DNA of 64,000 nucleotides from Tubulanus polymorphus (taxonomy: Eukaryota > Animalia > Nemertea), in the NCBI RefSeq assembly GCF_964204645.1, contig NC_134026.1:29732150-29796149 (forward strand). Reading direction: 5' to 3'. The notes beneath the pieces were generated by a model. It searched no databases. It was not told where the DNA came from and saw only the letters and a program-made list of their open reading frames with translations. Each line of letters begins with the position of its first letter. The stretch's first letter is position 1. Below are positions 50,460 through 61,389 of the stretch, piece by piece. A program made the position numbers and the translations under genes.

Positions 50460-50850
50460 GGGCGAGTGGCAGGGTCGGGCTATGGGTGATTTACTACTGG
50501 TAGGGTCGGGCTCATGGGTGATTTACTGCTGAATAGAGGATGTAGAGGGGTATCCCGGGTTTGAAACCTAGTAATTACTGACACTGATTCAAAGTGGTCC
50601 TGATGCTGAATAGATGAACAGGGTTGTCCTGGTTTTTTTGCGGGCGACTGGCAGGGTCCGGCTATGGGTAATTTACTGGAAGGGTCGGGCTATGGGGTGA
50701 TTAACCGGAAGGTCGGGATCATGGGTGATTTACTGCTGAATAGAGGATGTACAGGGTTGTCCCGGGTTCGAAACCAGTTATTACTGATTCAGAGTGGTCC
50801 AGATGCTGAATAGAGGATGTACAGGGGTGTCCCAGGTTCGAACCCAGTAA
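50460..50850. repeat. Complex higher-order minisatellite
   Basis: Two super-units are each built from ~28-bp AGGGTCGGGCTATGGGTGATTTACT repeats plus ~70-bp GCTGAATAGAGGATGTA...GGTTCGAAACCAGT repeats. Confidence 0.75.
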
Positions 50851-51374
50851 TTTGTGAGTCCACCATCTTCAAATCGTATCAAATCGCCTCCGGTGGTGAT
50901 TTGATGATTTGACAAATCGATATGAATTTGATGCCGTGATAAATTCAAAATTTTGACCAAATCAAATTTGATTATCACAAGATAAAAACGATTTTACTTA
51001 AAATCAAATTTGATTTGACGTGAAAAATTCGCCTAAGATTTGCACAACGGGATGAATTTGACGTCTTGTTCAAAACGGCTGACAAAAAATTACTACCCCG
51101 GTTATTGAAATATTATTTTCTATGAATGAGTTTCAGTTTTTCTTTAAGTTGTGACCAGTTATTATCAGTTTTTCGAAAATATTTGTGAGTCCACCATCTT
51201 CATTCAAATCGTATGAAATCACCTCCGATTTGTGATTTGATGATTTGATGAATCGATTTGAATTTGATACCGTGTTAAATTCAAAGATTAGACCAAATCA
51301 AATTTGATTTTGCCAGGATGAATTATACGATTTTACTTAAAATCAAATTTAATTTGACGTGATAGATTTGCCTT
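50850..51374. repeat. Dispersed direct repeat pair (~185 bp) rich in AAATC/GATTT
   Basis: Copies at 50850-51034 and 51181-51374 both begin ATTTGTGAGTCCACCATCTTC. Confidence 0.8.
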
Positions 51375-51433
51375 ATGGTAAATATCTTTAAGGAATGAGG
51401 TGGCACTAGCGTGAACGGATCGAAAAAATCTTC

Positions 51434-51513
51434 AACTAGCAAGTGGCATTTGACAACTAGCAATTGGCAACGAGCCCAACTAGCAAATGGCAACTAGCAA
51501 CTGGCAACTGGCA
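51434..51513. repeat. Degenerate 7-bp microsatellite (CAACTRG)n
   Basis: CAACTAG/CAACTGG/CAAATGG units are repeated. Confidence 0.7.
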
Positions 51514-52001
51514 TGCCGTCTTCCATGTATTGTCCATTGCACCTACTTGTCAGTCATGCTCCGTGTCACATGGAAGTGAATGCGTTCACGGCTTTAAACT
51601 GATTAAAATCTTTATTTGCCGAAAAAAGTCTAGCGTGTGAGAATAACAAGTGGAAGGAAAAGGCTACTTCATGTATTTCTGGTCAATGGAGCAAAGCCAT
51701 TAGGAAGAAGCTCCAACCCGGAGCGCTTCCCTATTAGCGTCCAAACATTATGTAGACTGGTTATCGGACTCTATCTTCAATTGAAACCAGTCTAGAGATT
51801 GAGCACGGTATTTAATACAGCCGGAAGCGTTGTGAAAACAATTTTTCCCAAATTAATTTTTATTTTTAAAAGGCCAGTCACCTGGCAGAATTTATTAGGC
51901 TATAAATAAACTAGATGAACCATTTGGATGAATATATTCTGATAAAGGTAAAAATGCATTCACAGTCTATTTACTAAGTAACAATTTCATCAGTTACTAT
52001 C

Positions 52002-52335
52002 GATGCTGATATCATCGGTAAAAGTGCAGATCTGCACCTCTCCGCGTAAACGGTTCAATCAATTCGAATTACATTAAATATCATTGTTTCAGATTCAAAA
52101 TGTCATCAGCAATTCATACATTGCCATTGGTTAATTTTAATATATCTTCACTAGAAAGATTTAGCCTGGATATAGTCTAGTACCTAGCCGTTGTTCCTGA
52201 AACAAACGGAACCGTAACCTGGTAACAACGACTGGTATTCAGACTAAGACTAGCCTGGATACTGTCATTCACTGATTCAGTAGATTGCGTCAATCACGAG
52301 AGGTGCGGATCTGCACTTTTACCCATATCATCATC
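52002..52335. mobile_element. MITE-like element
   Basis: Inverted arms are GGTAAAAGTGCAGATCTGCACCTCTC (52017-52042) and GAGAGGTGCGGATCTGCACTTTTACC (52298-52323). Confidence 0.65.
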
Positions 52336-52360
52336 AAGCCTAAAACTAAAAGGCTTTAGC

Positions 52361-52706
52361 ATAGCCCATCCTCCCTCTGCAGGGACTCGAACCTGATGGC
52401 ATCGCTACACTCAGCCACGGCACGAACCCCTGCATCAGTAGACCAGGTGCGCAGGTACATGCGCAGCTTTCCGAACGAAAACTGGAAAACCATATTGCTC
52501 GTTGTATAATCGTTGAGGCAAATTTCAAGGAAGAACTATAAATGGGAAAACCCGGGCTAAAATAAAACAGGATTTCTGATTGGCTTAAAATCACATCATC
52601 TGAACTGCGCATGTATCTGCGCACACGGTCGATTATCGCAGGGTTTCATGCTGTGGCAATCTCGATGCCATCAGGTTCGAATCCCTGCCGGGGGAAGATG
52701 GCATAG
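52361..52706. mobile_element. Fold-back element with ~100-bp imperfect TIRs; a solo arm lies at 50241-50294
   Basis: CCATCCTCCC...GGACTCGAACCTGATGGCATCG is mirrored by CGATGCCATCAGGTTCGAATCCC...GATGG. The inner arms GTGCGCAGGTACATGCGCAG / CTGCGCATGTATCTGCGCAC also pair. Confidence 0.7.
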
Positions 52707-55509
52707 CCAGGCCAGGGCCCCTGCCCTGGCCCTACCGCCTAGTCGAAAGTAATGTGAAGTTTCTAATTTAAAAGCTGTCATTAGTCATGTGGTTACTCTT
52801 TCATTTTTTTAGCAAAAAAACGAATTCCATGAATTGCATGTTGATGCCAAACAGATTTTCAGCGGTCTTGGACTCGGTAATAGGGATGACCCGATTTTCA
52901 GCGGCAGTGTCGCAGTGGTAAATGACGTGGACTTGAAAAACCAATGGCTCCTCCTCGGAGATTTATCAAAATTATCAAGCAGAACAAAAACAAAAATGTA
53001 AGTTCTCACTTCTACATTTAGCTCAGCTCATAACGCTAAACCCATCGTCTACCCTCTAACACTAGCCTACCCTGTTAGGGCACCCTGCCTTGGTTTTAGC
53101 CTCTATATTTGCTATTCCAAAGACCAAAGGTTTTCAAGTGTATATGTAGGGCTTAATCCATTGATGAAACAATCCAGCCTGTAATATTAAATCCTAAGAA
53201 AGAAGTTGATTTATTTATCAATGTTTCTACTTGTTCTATAGGAATATGTTATAACAAAATCATTTTCATGTCTAATTATTGATGTTAGGTCGTTATAATA
53301 ATCGGGGCCGAATGTGACGAATTGTTTAGTATCAAAATCAGGGCCTGTAACATTATATTCTATATGAGCCACACCTATAATACATAACTATTGAAGGTGT
53401 TTTAAAGTTCAGTTTTGATATTGATTTATTTTGCTTGAGGCATTTTGGATTGTTGTCTACAGCTGTTAGTTGCGGTGCATGTCTTTAGGGCCCTAGGCCT
53501 AAAACGGGTTTTGATCGATCAGGAATTGAACGCAGTAAAATTGTTGACGATGCATGAATTTCTTTCGAACCACCACATCATCACTGCTAGTCAGTAGGTA
53601 TAGGTATAACACGTGGCTTCGTAGTTTGTAACATGTGTTCACTATTGTACTGGCGAATTTATAGTCATAAATTTGGTTCTGTTTTCTGGCTTTGTTCGGA
53701 TTTCATTATCACTCATAGCAGAGTTGGAGTTTGTGACCTCATCAGGTGTGGTTTGTGTGTACAGTTGAGAATTTCAGTGTCGAGTTGCGTGTCTGGGGTC
53801 CTTCCTCCCGCCAGGACTATCTCCAGTTGATAGTTTTCGCATTCTTTGAGGTATATTTTAAAGTCACCATTTGTTGTATTTTGTCACAGTTAACTTGACA
53901 TGTGTCTCAATGATGAATATATAACAATAGAGAAACCAGTGATGTGTGATCAGTCTATCTAAAACAGCTCTGAAAACTGCTAAAATCAGTTTGTTAGATC
54001 TCGGAGTACTGTAAGGTTAGATCTAGTTCTTCGAAGAATAAGATTTATATTATGAGCCGTATCATTGAGGTCACCTCCTCAATCTATGCTACTCCGTGTT
54101 CATAATCAGAATGACCTAGAAAATATCAAATACCTACACAACTCCAGAACAAATAAGTAGGTTTTAGTCGTGTTTGTTTCATCTCATTCAAGTCTTTTGT
54201 TCGCTGTGCTAGGGCTAGCCATTGTAAATATACAATAGAGCTCATTCAGCTGAGCCTAGTTCCTTTGAAATATCGCCAGGTATATTGTCAGGCATCTAAG
54301 CATGTAGTGGAACTACTATGGGTCTATTCGCCGACAGTGGACAATGTTCGAAGCACATGAATATACACGATCCAGTGGTTTATATTGATTGGTAGCCTAT
54401 AGGAATCTGTACATATATTTATACCAATCAAAAGTAAATAATTAGCGGTAGGTTTCTGATTTTATTGTGTATTAAGTATCCGTCTGAAACTGATAATCAT
54501 GATATTGGTAGTTAAAATTTTGTAAACTTTGCTTCACTACTTACTGCGTATCTATGCTTTATATTTGAATGTTGGTAATAACGGTAATAATCCCCCTGGT
54601 TTAAATCTGACAAGGTAAAAATCCCCCAAGTTCAGATTTTTTCAAACTAAAGTGTAAAACCAAAAGTTTTTACAATAATATCTAGGAATACGTAAGCATA
54701 GATATTTTATCATTACTTAAAACAATATTTCTTTATAGACATTTTTAAAACTATGATTATGTCACTTTTTGATGCACATTCCTTGCTAAGTCATAGAATA
54801 ATGCCATTTTTATGCATGTAGCGTGGTTACACAGATTATTCAAGGTGAATTGTGAAAAACAGTAGTGGAGAATTAGAAATTTTTGAAAATCATCTAAGTT
54901 TTCCAACATAGGGATATTGCAGTATTTTGTTGAGTTTTACTGTGAAATCAAATTTGGGGGGGGGGATTATTGCCCGTTACCTTTTCATTCTGCCTAAGGC
55001 AAGCAACAAAAACTAATTTGTTTGCTTGTGTTTTTTACCTCAAATTTCACTCGTTTTACCTTTTGAAAATAAATGATACAATGAATAGGACCTGAATCCG
55101 GATAAGTTAATTGAAAATGATGAACTACATGTAGTCATTTCAACTCAAGAGTTAACGCTTAACTCGCAACAAAGTCCTCGTTATAGTATGTTGATGTTAA
55201 ATCCTGAACCGGATTAACCAGTGTTCTCCATATGCTTTCAATCTTCCAAAAAATACAGAAAATTCAAGCTTGATTTCCCGCAAAACTTTATATATTTCTA
55301 AGCATTTATCAGCATTGATATAATATTGACATCTACACTGGTAGGGGCAGCAGACATTTCAAAAGGCGTGGCTGATTTTCAGAGGGGTGCATGTAAAAAT
55401 GAAATGGGTTGTGGTCCCTCTAATACCTGTTTCGGTTTGTAGAACAATGGTGGAAAGAATTAATTATAGGTATTGAATAATAAAATGGGTAATTATTTGT
55501 ATTTTGTAG

Positions 55510-58500
55510 ATGTCGACGAGATCATCACCGAGATTTGATCGCGGTCCGAAAACCAGGCTGAGATCTACCAGTAGTGGCAAGGAAAGCGTTTCGCGAACTC
55601 CGCCGACAAAAACTCGAAAACTAACTTTCGTTGAACAATTTCAAGATCCGCCGGATATAGTTAGAAAATACCGTCGAAATATCGGCGGCAAATCTGCCAA
55701 TTTCGTGGCAGAGGCAATAAAGATTGAACCTAGTAGCAGTACGTCTGATATCAGTGAGGAGACCACAGTGACAGTTCAGTCAGAAAAACAATCTACTGTC
55801 ACAAATACGGAAATTACGAATGATCATGCATCTAATATTAACTCTTCTCAGCCATGCGTGAAATCGTGTAGCCCGAAAAAACAACGCAATAAAGAGCCAT
55901 CACCCGCGAGTCCAGAATCTCCGAGAACTTTACGGTCGCATAAAACGCAACGAGTCATGTCTCTGCGCAGTAAGGGTCCGATTAGAAATATACAATCATG
56001 CAATGAGTTACAAAAGTTTAAAACTGTTCTTTCGCCTATCGTGTCTGGAGTGAAATCCGATGATGCTAAAAAATTGAAAGTTCTTCAAATACCAGTTAAG
56101 AAGCTCAAACTGGTGGGGAAAGTCATAAATAAGAGTCGTCCAGGATTATTCGAAAGGTTTCAAGAGACAAAAAATTTAGCTTTAAATGAAAATTTAATCT
56201 CTGATCCACAAATGAATATTGATCATAATCCATGTGAAACTGTTGATATTGCGAGAACATCGTCGGCTGTTTGTAATGAAAATACAAAAGATACCGAACA
56301 TATCGACGTAATAACGGATTACAACATAATGACTGATTTCAAAGAAGATGCTATTGTTATTCGAGCTCAATTACCTGTTTCTGGTGCTAAAAAGGATGAA
56401 GGAAATGTTTCGATTGATGAGAGCGTAAGTAAAACAACTTGCGACGAGACTATTGTGAAAAATATCGTTGATGATATGTGTAATACGGTGTGTGTGAATG
56501 AATCTGCAGATACTGATGATTCTGCTGAGATACAGACTGTCCAATCTCACGTTAGTGGATGTGACAATAGTGATGACATTTTTACAAATAATGATGACAA
56601 GTGCGCAAATGTAGCAGTCCCTGTAAACTGTCAGGTGCTAGAGAAGTGTGTTCCCGTTTCAAAAAAAGATAAAGTCGATTCAACTTCAATTATGGACGTG
56701 GAAAAGCGTATTGATGAAATTCAGGCTTTAGTGTGCGACATTAAAAAAGAAATAAGTATCAGCAATAAAAGTGCAAAACGTAGGCGCTCATCTGATTCGT
56801 TATCAAATCACGAAACCGATGAAATACCTTACAAAAAACGTTTGAAAAGTCTAAATTGCGAAAGCGAACACGCCACCAAGAATCTGGCTGATGAAGATAT
56901 TCAACTTGTTCAGTGTAATTCTCTTAAAAACGTCGAAGTTGCTCAATATTCTGGAAATCGTCCACGGAGAACGCATAGGCCTCCTCCTAAGTTGGAATAT
57001 ATGATGTATATGTGTGATTTGAATAATGGGAAAAGACAGAAGTTGAATAAGTCACCATTTGATTATATGGAAAAAGAAAAACCGACTAAAAAATCGAATA
57101 TCAAGAAGATGTTGAAATCCTGTAAACCTTGTAGCGTTGTCATGGTAGATTTCGTCAAAAGTTTAAATTTGAATCAACAAAAATATAGCGAAAATAGTGA
57201 GCATGAGACTTTACCGCTGAAACCGAAAGCACCGCTGCCGAAGCTCTTCCATTCGATATCACCATCAGCAGAAGATGAAGAAGTTGATATTTTGAGTGTT
57301 TCACCGCCCCCAAAACGACCCATCGTATGCGCAGTTCCCCCTCTAAGTCCACATCCTCACAAGAAACGAGGATCGAAATATTACTGTAATTCGTGTAATT
57401 ATTCGACTTTTTACAAACTTGCTATGGAAGATCATGTGTATATTCATTTAGATGTTGTACCTTTTAAATGTGGTCATTGTGAAGGTGTGTTTGGAACTCG
57501 TTCCGGTAATGTAGCACATCATAAACGAAATCATCAAAATCTGCCATTGAAAGTTATCAAAAGAGGTAATGTAGTAGAATCTGACTATTATACGTGTAGG
57601 CAACATTCTTCACCCATTGCCAAAGCTAGGCCAGTTATTGATTTAGTCCCATCCGTTTCGAATGCCCCAAATGTACGTTTATCACATTGCGACAGCAGTC
57701 ATTCTAGTCCGGTTTTTCCTCCACCTACAAACGCTCGGTTTCAATGCAGATATTGCACGTTTTCTTCATCGGGTCAAGTTACTATGGAGACTCATTTTTA
57801 CACTCGACACATAGATGAACATCATTACATCTGTCCGTTGTGTGACTTATCCTTCTGCCGAAGGTCTGAAACAATGCTGAAACATTTTGCTAAATGGCAT
57901 CCGGGTCACAAAGTTATTCTACAAAGGGCATGTGGATATTATGACTTTTCAAAGCCTGAAGATCGTGCTAATTATAACCAGAAATCCTTGAATCCTAAGT
58001 TTAATGAGCAGCATTTTGTTCGTAGGGACAGTGACACAGGTCAAATGAGTCCCGCAGTCACAAGTAGTCCATTTGAAAATTCCACTTCTAGTCTTAGTTC
58101 TCTAGCTTCTAATGATAGTCAAAGCATAGTTAGTGAGCCGGGTACGAATCCTCAACACTCTAAACCTGTGACTGATTTCTCAATGAATTCTGTTACTATT
58201 GTTAATTATAATGCTGATGAAGATAACGATGTCATTCTCAACTTAAATGATGATTCCCCAACATCATTAAAAATCCTCAATGTCATGAGTCTTCAAGAAG
58301 AAGCAACTGTGAATGAATCATCCATGACCTCTTCAGCATGTGCCTCTTCACCGACTGCAACCTCCATTGAAACCTCACCAACACCGGCTCCAACCTCCCT
58401 TGAAACCCCAACAACACCGGCTCCAACTGCACCAACATCCTCTCCTGGTGATACTTCGACATCCAATCAAACATTTATTCCTGAATCTAATTATACGACG

Positions 58501-59517
58501 TATATTTGTAAACACTGCGCGGGAGGTGTGAAAACAAGCACATTATACGGTATGACAACTCATTTAGAAGCGGCGCACAGTAACCTTGATTTCTGGTACG
58601 GTTGTCCTTACTGTCCATTTGGATGTTCTAAGCATCGAATTAATTTGATGCGCCATTTGAAGCGTGCTCATCCGAAAGAACCGATCAATGTCGATATTCA
58701 TTTAATCGACGAAGATGTATTCATCAGATGCGAATCACAAAATCGCAGCTCGTCTACTGTTAGTAATTCAGCCCAAAGTGGCAATAATCCTGCTAATTCT
58801 GCTAATCCTGCTAATACACCTGGTGAAAATACTGAAAATATCGTTGAAATAAGTGGCACTTCACAAACTCGACCACCTCCTCCGCCGATTCCGAATCAAA
58901 TGCTACGTCAACGACTCGCTACTCCTGTTTACTCTCATCCACAACAAGGCAATTTTCCACCTCGATATCCATCAGCTGTTCATCATTACCCCATGCCTAT
59001 GATGCCTCCACATCTGATGCGACCAATTCTTCCAAAAGAATATGAAAAATATCAAGTGTTTAATATAAAACCACCAAATGTGTTTGTGCATCACCAGCAG
59101 CAGCAACAACCAATGTTTATACCACACTATGGATACCCAATGATCCCTCCTCAATATGGAATGCAGCCTGGATTTTATTATCCCCCAAATCCACCTTCAG
59201 TTCTACAAAATCCAGCCATTCCTCAAAATCCACCTCCAGTTGCACAAAATCCAACTGTTCCTCAAAATCCACCTCTAGTTGTACAAAATCCAACTATTCC
59301 TCAGAATCCACCTCCAGTTGTACAAAATCCAACTATTCCTCAAAATCCACCTCCAGTTGTACAAAGTCCAACTATTCCTCAAAATCCACCTCCAGTTGTA
59401 CAAAATCCAACTGTTCCTCAAAATCCACCTCCAGTTGTACAAAATCCAACTATTCCTCAGAATCCACCTCCAGTTGTACAAAATCCAACTATTCCTCAGA
59501 ATCCACCTCCAGTGTAA
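55510..59517 (+). CDS. Large C2H2 zinc-finger protein (1335 aa in one exon) with a Pro/Gln/Asn-rich C-terminal repeat
   Basis: Three pairs of C2H2-like fingers are present (CNSC/CGHC, CRYC/CPLC, CKHC/CPYC). The ATG directly follows a splice acceptor (ttttgtag|ATG), so upstream exon(s) probably exist. Confidence 0.85.
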   Translation: MSTRSSPRFDRGPKTRLRSTSSGKESVSRTPPTKTRKLTFVEQFQDPPDIVRKYRRNIGGKSANFVAEAIKIEPSSSTSDISEETTVTVQSEKQSTVTNTEITNDHASNINSSQPCVKSCSPKKQRNKEPSPASPESPRTLRSHKTQRVMSLRSKGPIRNIQSCNELQKFKTVLSPIVSGVKSDDAKKLKVLQIPVKKLKLVGKVINKSRPGLFERFQETKNLALNENLISDPQMNIDHNPCETVDIARTSSAVCNENTKDTEHIDVITDYNIMTDFKEDAIVIRAQLPVSGAKKDEGNVSIDESVSKTTCDETIVKNIVDDMCNTVCVNESADTDDSAEIQTVQSHVSGCDNSDDIFTNNDDKCANVAVPVNCQVLEKCVPVSKKDKVDSTSIMDVEKRIDEIQALVCDIKKEISISNKSAKRRRSSDSLSNHETDEIPYKKRLKSLNCESEHATKNLADEDIQLVQCNSLKNVEVAQYSGNRPRRTHRPPPKLEYMMYMCDLNNGKRQKLNKSPFDYMEKEKPTKKSNIKKMLKSCKPCSVVMVDFVKSLNLNQQKYSENSEHETLPLKPKAPLPKLFHSISPSAEDEEVDILSVSPPPKRPIVCAVPPLSPHPHKKRGSKYYCNSCNYSTFYKLAMEDHVYIHLDVVPFKCGHCEGVFGTRSGNVAHHKRNHQNLPLKVIKRGNVVESDYYTCRQHSSPIAKARPVIDLVPSVSNAPNVRLSHCDSSHSSPVFPPPTNARFQCRYCTFSSSGQVTMETHFYTRHIDEHHYICPLCDLSFCRRSETMLKHFAKWHPGHKVILQRACGYYDFSKPEDRANYNQKSLNPKFNEQHFVRRDSDTGQMSPAVTSSPFENSTSSLSSLASNDSQSIVSEPGTNPQHSKPVTDFSMNSVTIVNYNADEDNDVILNLNDDSPTSLKILNVMSLQEEATVNESSMTSSACASSPTATSIETSPTPAPTSLETPTTPAPTAPTSSPGDTSTSNQTFIPESNYTTYICKHCAGGVKTSTLYGMTTHLEAAHSNLDFWYGCPYCPFGCSKHRINLMRHLKRAHPKEPINVDIHLIDEDVFIRCESQNRSSSTVSNSAQSGNNPANSANPANTPGENTENIVEISGTSQTRPPPPPIPNQMLRQRLATPVYSHPQQGNFPPRYPSAVHHYPMPMMPPHLMRPILPKEYEKYQVFNIKPPNVFVHHQQQQQPMFIPHYGYPMIPPQYGMQPGFYYPPNPPSVLQNPAIPQNPPPVAQNPTVPQNPPLVVQNPTIPQNPPPVVQNPTIPQNPPPVVQSPTIPQNPPPVVQNPTVPQNPPPVVQNPTIPQNPPPVVQNPTIPQNPPPV
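59206..59517 (+). repeat. Coding minisatellite, 8 x 39 bp (QNPTIPQNPPPVV)
   Basis: CAAAATCCAACTATTCCTCAGAATCCACCTCCAGTTGTA is repeated directly. Confidence 0.95.
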
Positions 59518-61087
59518 ATCGTAGTTTTAAATGCTCTTAGTCAGTGTTGATTGTATTGCTGATTCCCTTAGATCATTGTTAATGTTTTTATATAATATGA
59601 AAACGAATGTATTTGAATGGGAACATTAGAAATATTACATGCGTTATTCTGCAGATAGTAATCATATTTCCTTCTTAAATTCAGGCCTGTCGAAAAAGAA
59701 TGCATCTTTATGCAGTAATTCAATCGGTCGTTTACAATTGTTTCATTTCTATCACGTAATGTACATATACTCTTTAATATCATGTTTATACAATGATTTC
59801 ATCATTGTCGTAATTTTTCGTGTGGTTAATTTAGCTTCGGTACACAACTGTACCGCGGTAGTTTATATTTGATCGTTTTCTTAATAATTATTGATACTTT
59901 ATGTATCTTACTATTTTGTATATTGATGGTACAACTGCACTTATTATCTCTGATTTTAAATGTATGCAAAATGTACTTGAAATTCGTAAAGACCACAATT
60001 ATGTGAATTCTGTAAGAATGAGTTTATTGAAGTGACCCTTAATTTACGTAAAGCTTAGCTGTGTGCCGCTGTGTGTTATGCGATGTCCTTATCAGATACA
60101 TATGATGATTGCGATTATGTTATTTTATCTAAAAGGGATAAATAAAATGCTTCATTTTAGAATTTTGCTTTGTTGTGGTAACTTGAGCTCTTGAATTAGC
60201 TAAGTCATATGAATATTTGGAAAGAGAGAGAGAGAACTTCATATCTGTTGGACACTTATTACGAAATAGCATCCCAACCAAAATTCCCTAATTCAAGTGC
60301 TGTTTCAACTAATGCAGTATCTGAGAAGAAGACGCTTGGTTGGAACTTTCTTGTGTTGAGCTTATGACGGTCTTACAAGAGATCGGATTTCATACTGACC
60401 CGCCACCGGAACGGGGTATCAGACCGTAATCACCGTCAAGTGCTGCCCCTATATATAACATTGACGGTGAATATACAAACTAACATACCGGGCCGATATT
60501 CCTGACTGTGGCATGCGAGTAGTATGTTAGTTCTCACATTCACCGTTAACGTTGTGCATAGCGGCGGCACGTGACGGATTATCTATCTTTTGATGACGTA
60601 GCGGGCTGGACCCGAGAGAGGTATTATCTTAAAAAGTAAAAAAGGGAATTTTCTAGTCGGGGGCGGGGGATTTCTATCTTTAACACTGTTAAGCATACGC
60701 TGCAAATTCCCTCCCTCCCCCTTTTATTACAAACGATGACAGTTTGTGGGAGGATGTGCCCGATTTCCTCCTTTGCTCCTAACACTCGCTTGCCCCCGGC
60801 TGGCGGCACCCATTTAATTTGGCAGGGTCACTGTTTTAGAATAAAGTAACTAAAAATTCTAAATTCAATCATTTATTTCGTAGAGGCGAATTCTGAAATA
60901 TATCAAAAATGCCGGGAAAATAGTAAAAAATACATAAGCTTACGTATAGACTATTTTATATAAACAATATAAAACGTTATAAATGATAAGATACTTTTCA
61001 ATATGTAGTATATTTGTTAAAATCGTATCAAATACTAATCATACATTATTCCATACGTGGACATAAGATTGTTATCACCTGAAGCAC

Positions 61088-61205
61088 AGGGGCTTGTGAC
61101 AAAAGCGGGTTGGGGAGGTACAAAAGATTTACTCACACCTTTTCTTTTTTAGTGGTCTAGTAGTAATCTAAGATTTTGGACCCTTGGCTATTGTCACAAG
61201 CCCTT
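61088..61205. mobile_element. Short MITE-like element
   Basis: The inverted termini are AGGGGCTTGTGACAA / TTGTCACAAGCCCTT. Confidence 0.5.
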
Positions 61206-61389
61206 GATCTAAAGGTATTCAGATATGATATGAATTATTCTTAAACTCAGAGGAACTTCATCCAATGGTTTTGTTAAGTATTAACGAAATGGGTAACGTA
61301 ACACGTAATTAGAAATAAAATACTCGTGGATCGGGTTAATCGGATTTATTTTGGAGAGGCCAGAATTTTCGTAATTAACACAACTCCCC

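Noticed and set aside
59275-59524. Alternative-frame and antisense repeat ORFs (LYNWRWILRNSW, YKIQLFLRIHLQ)
   Set aside because: They are by-products of the stop-free 39-bp coding repeat.
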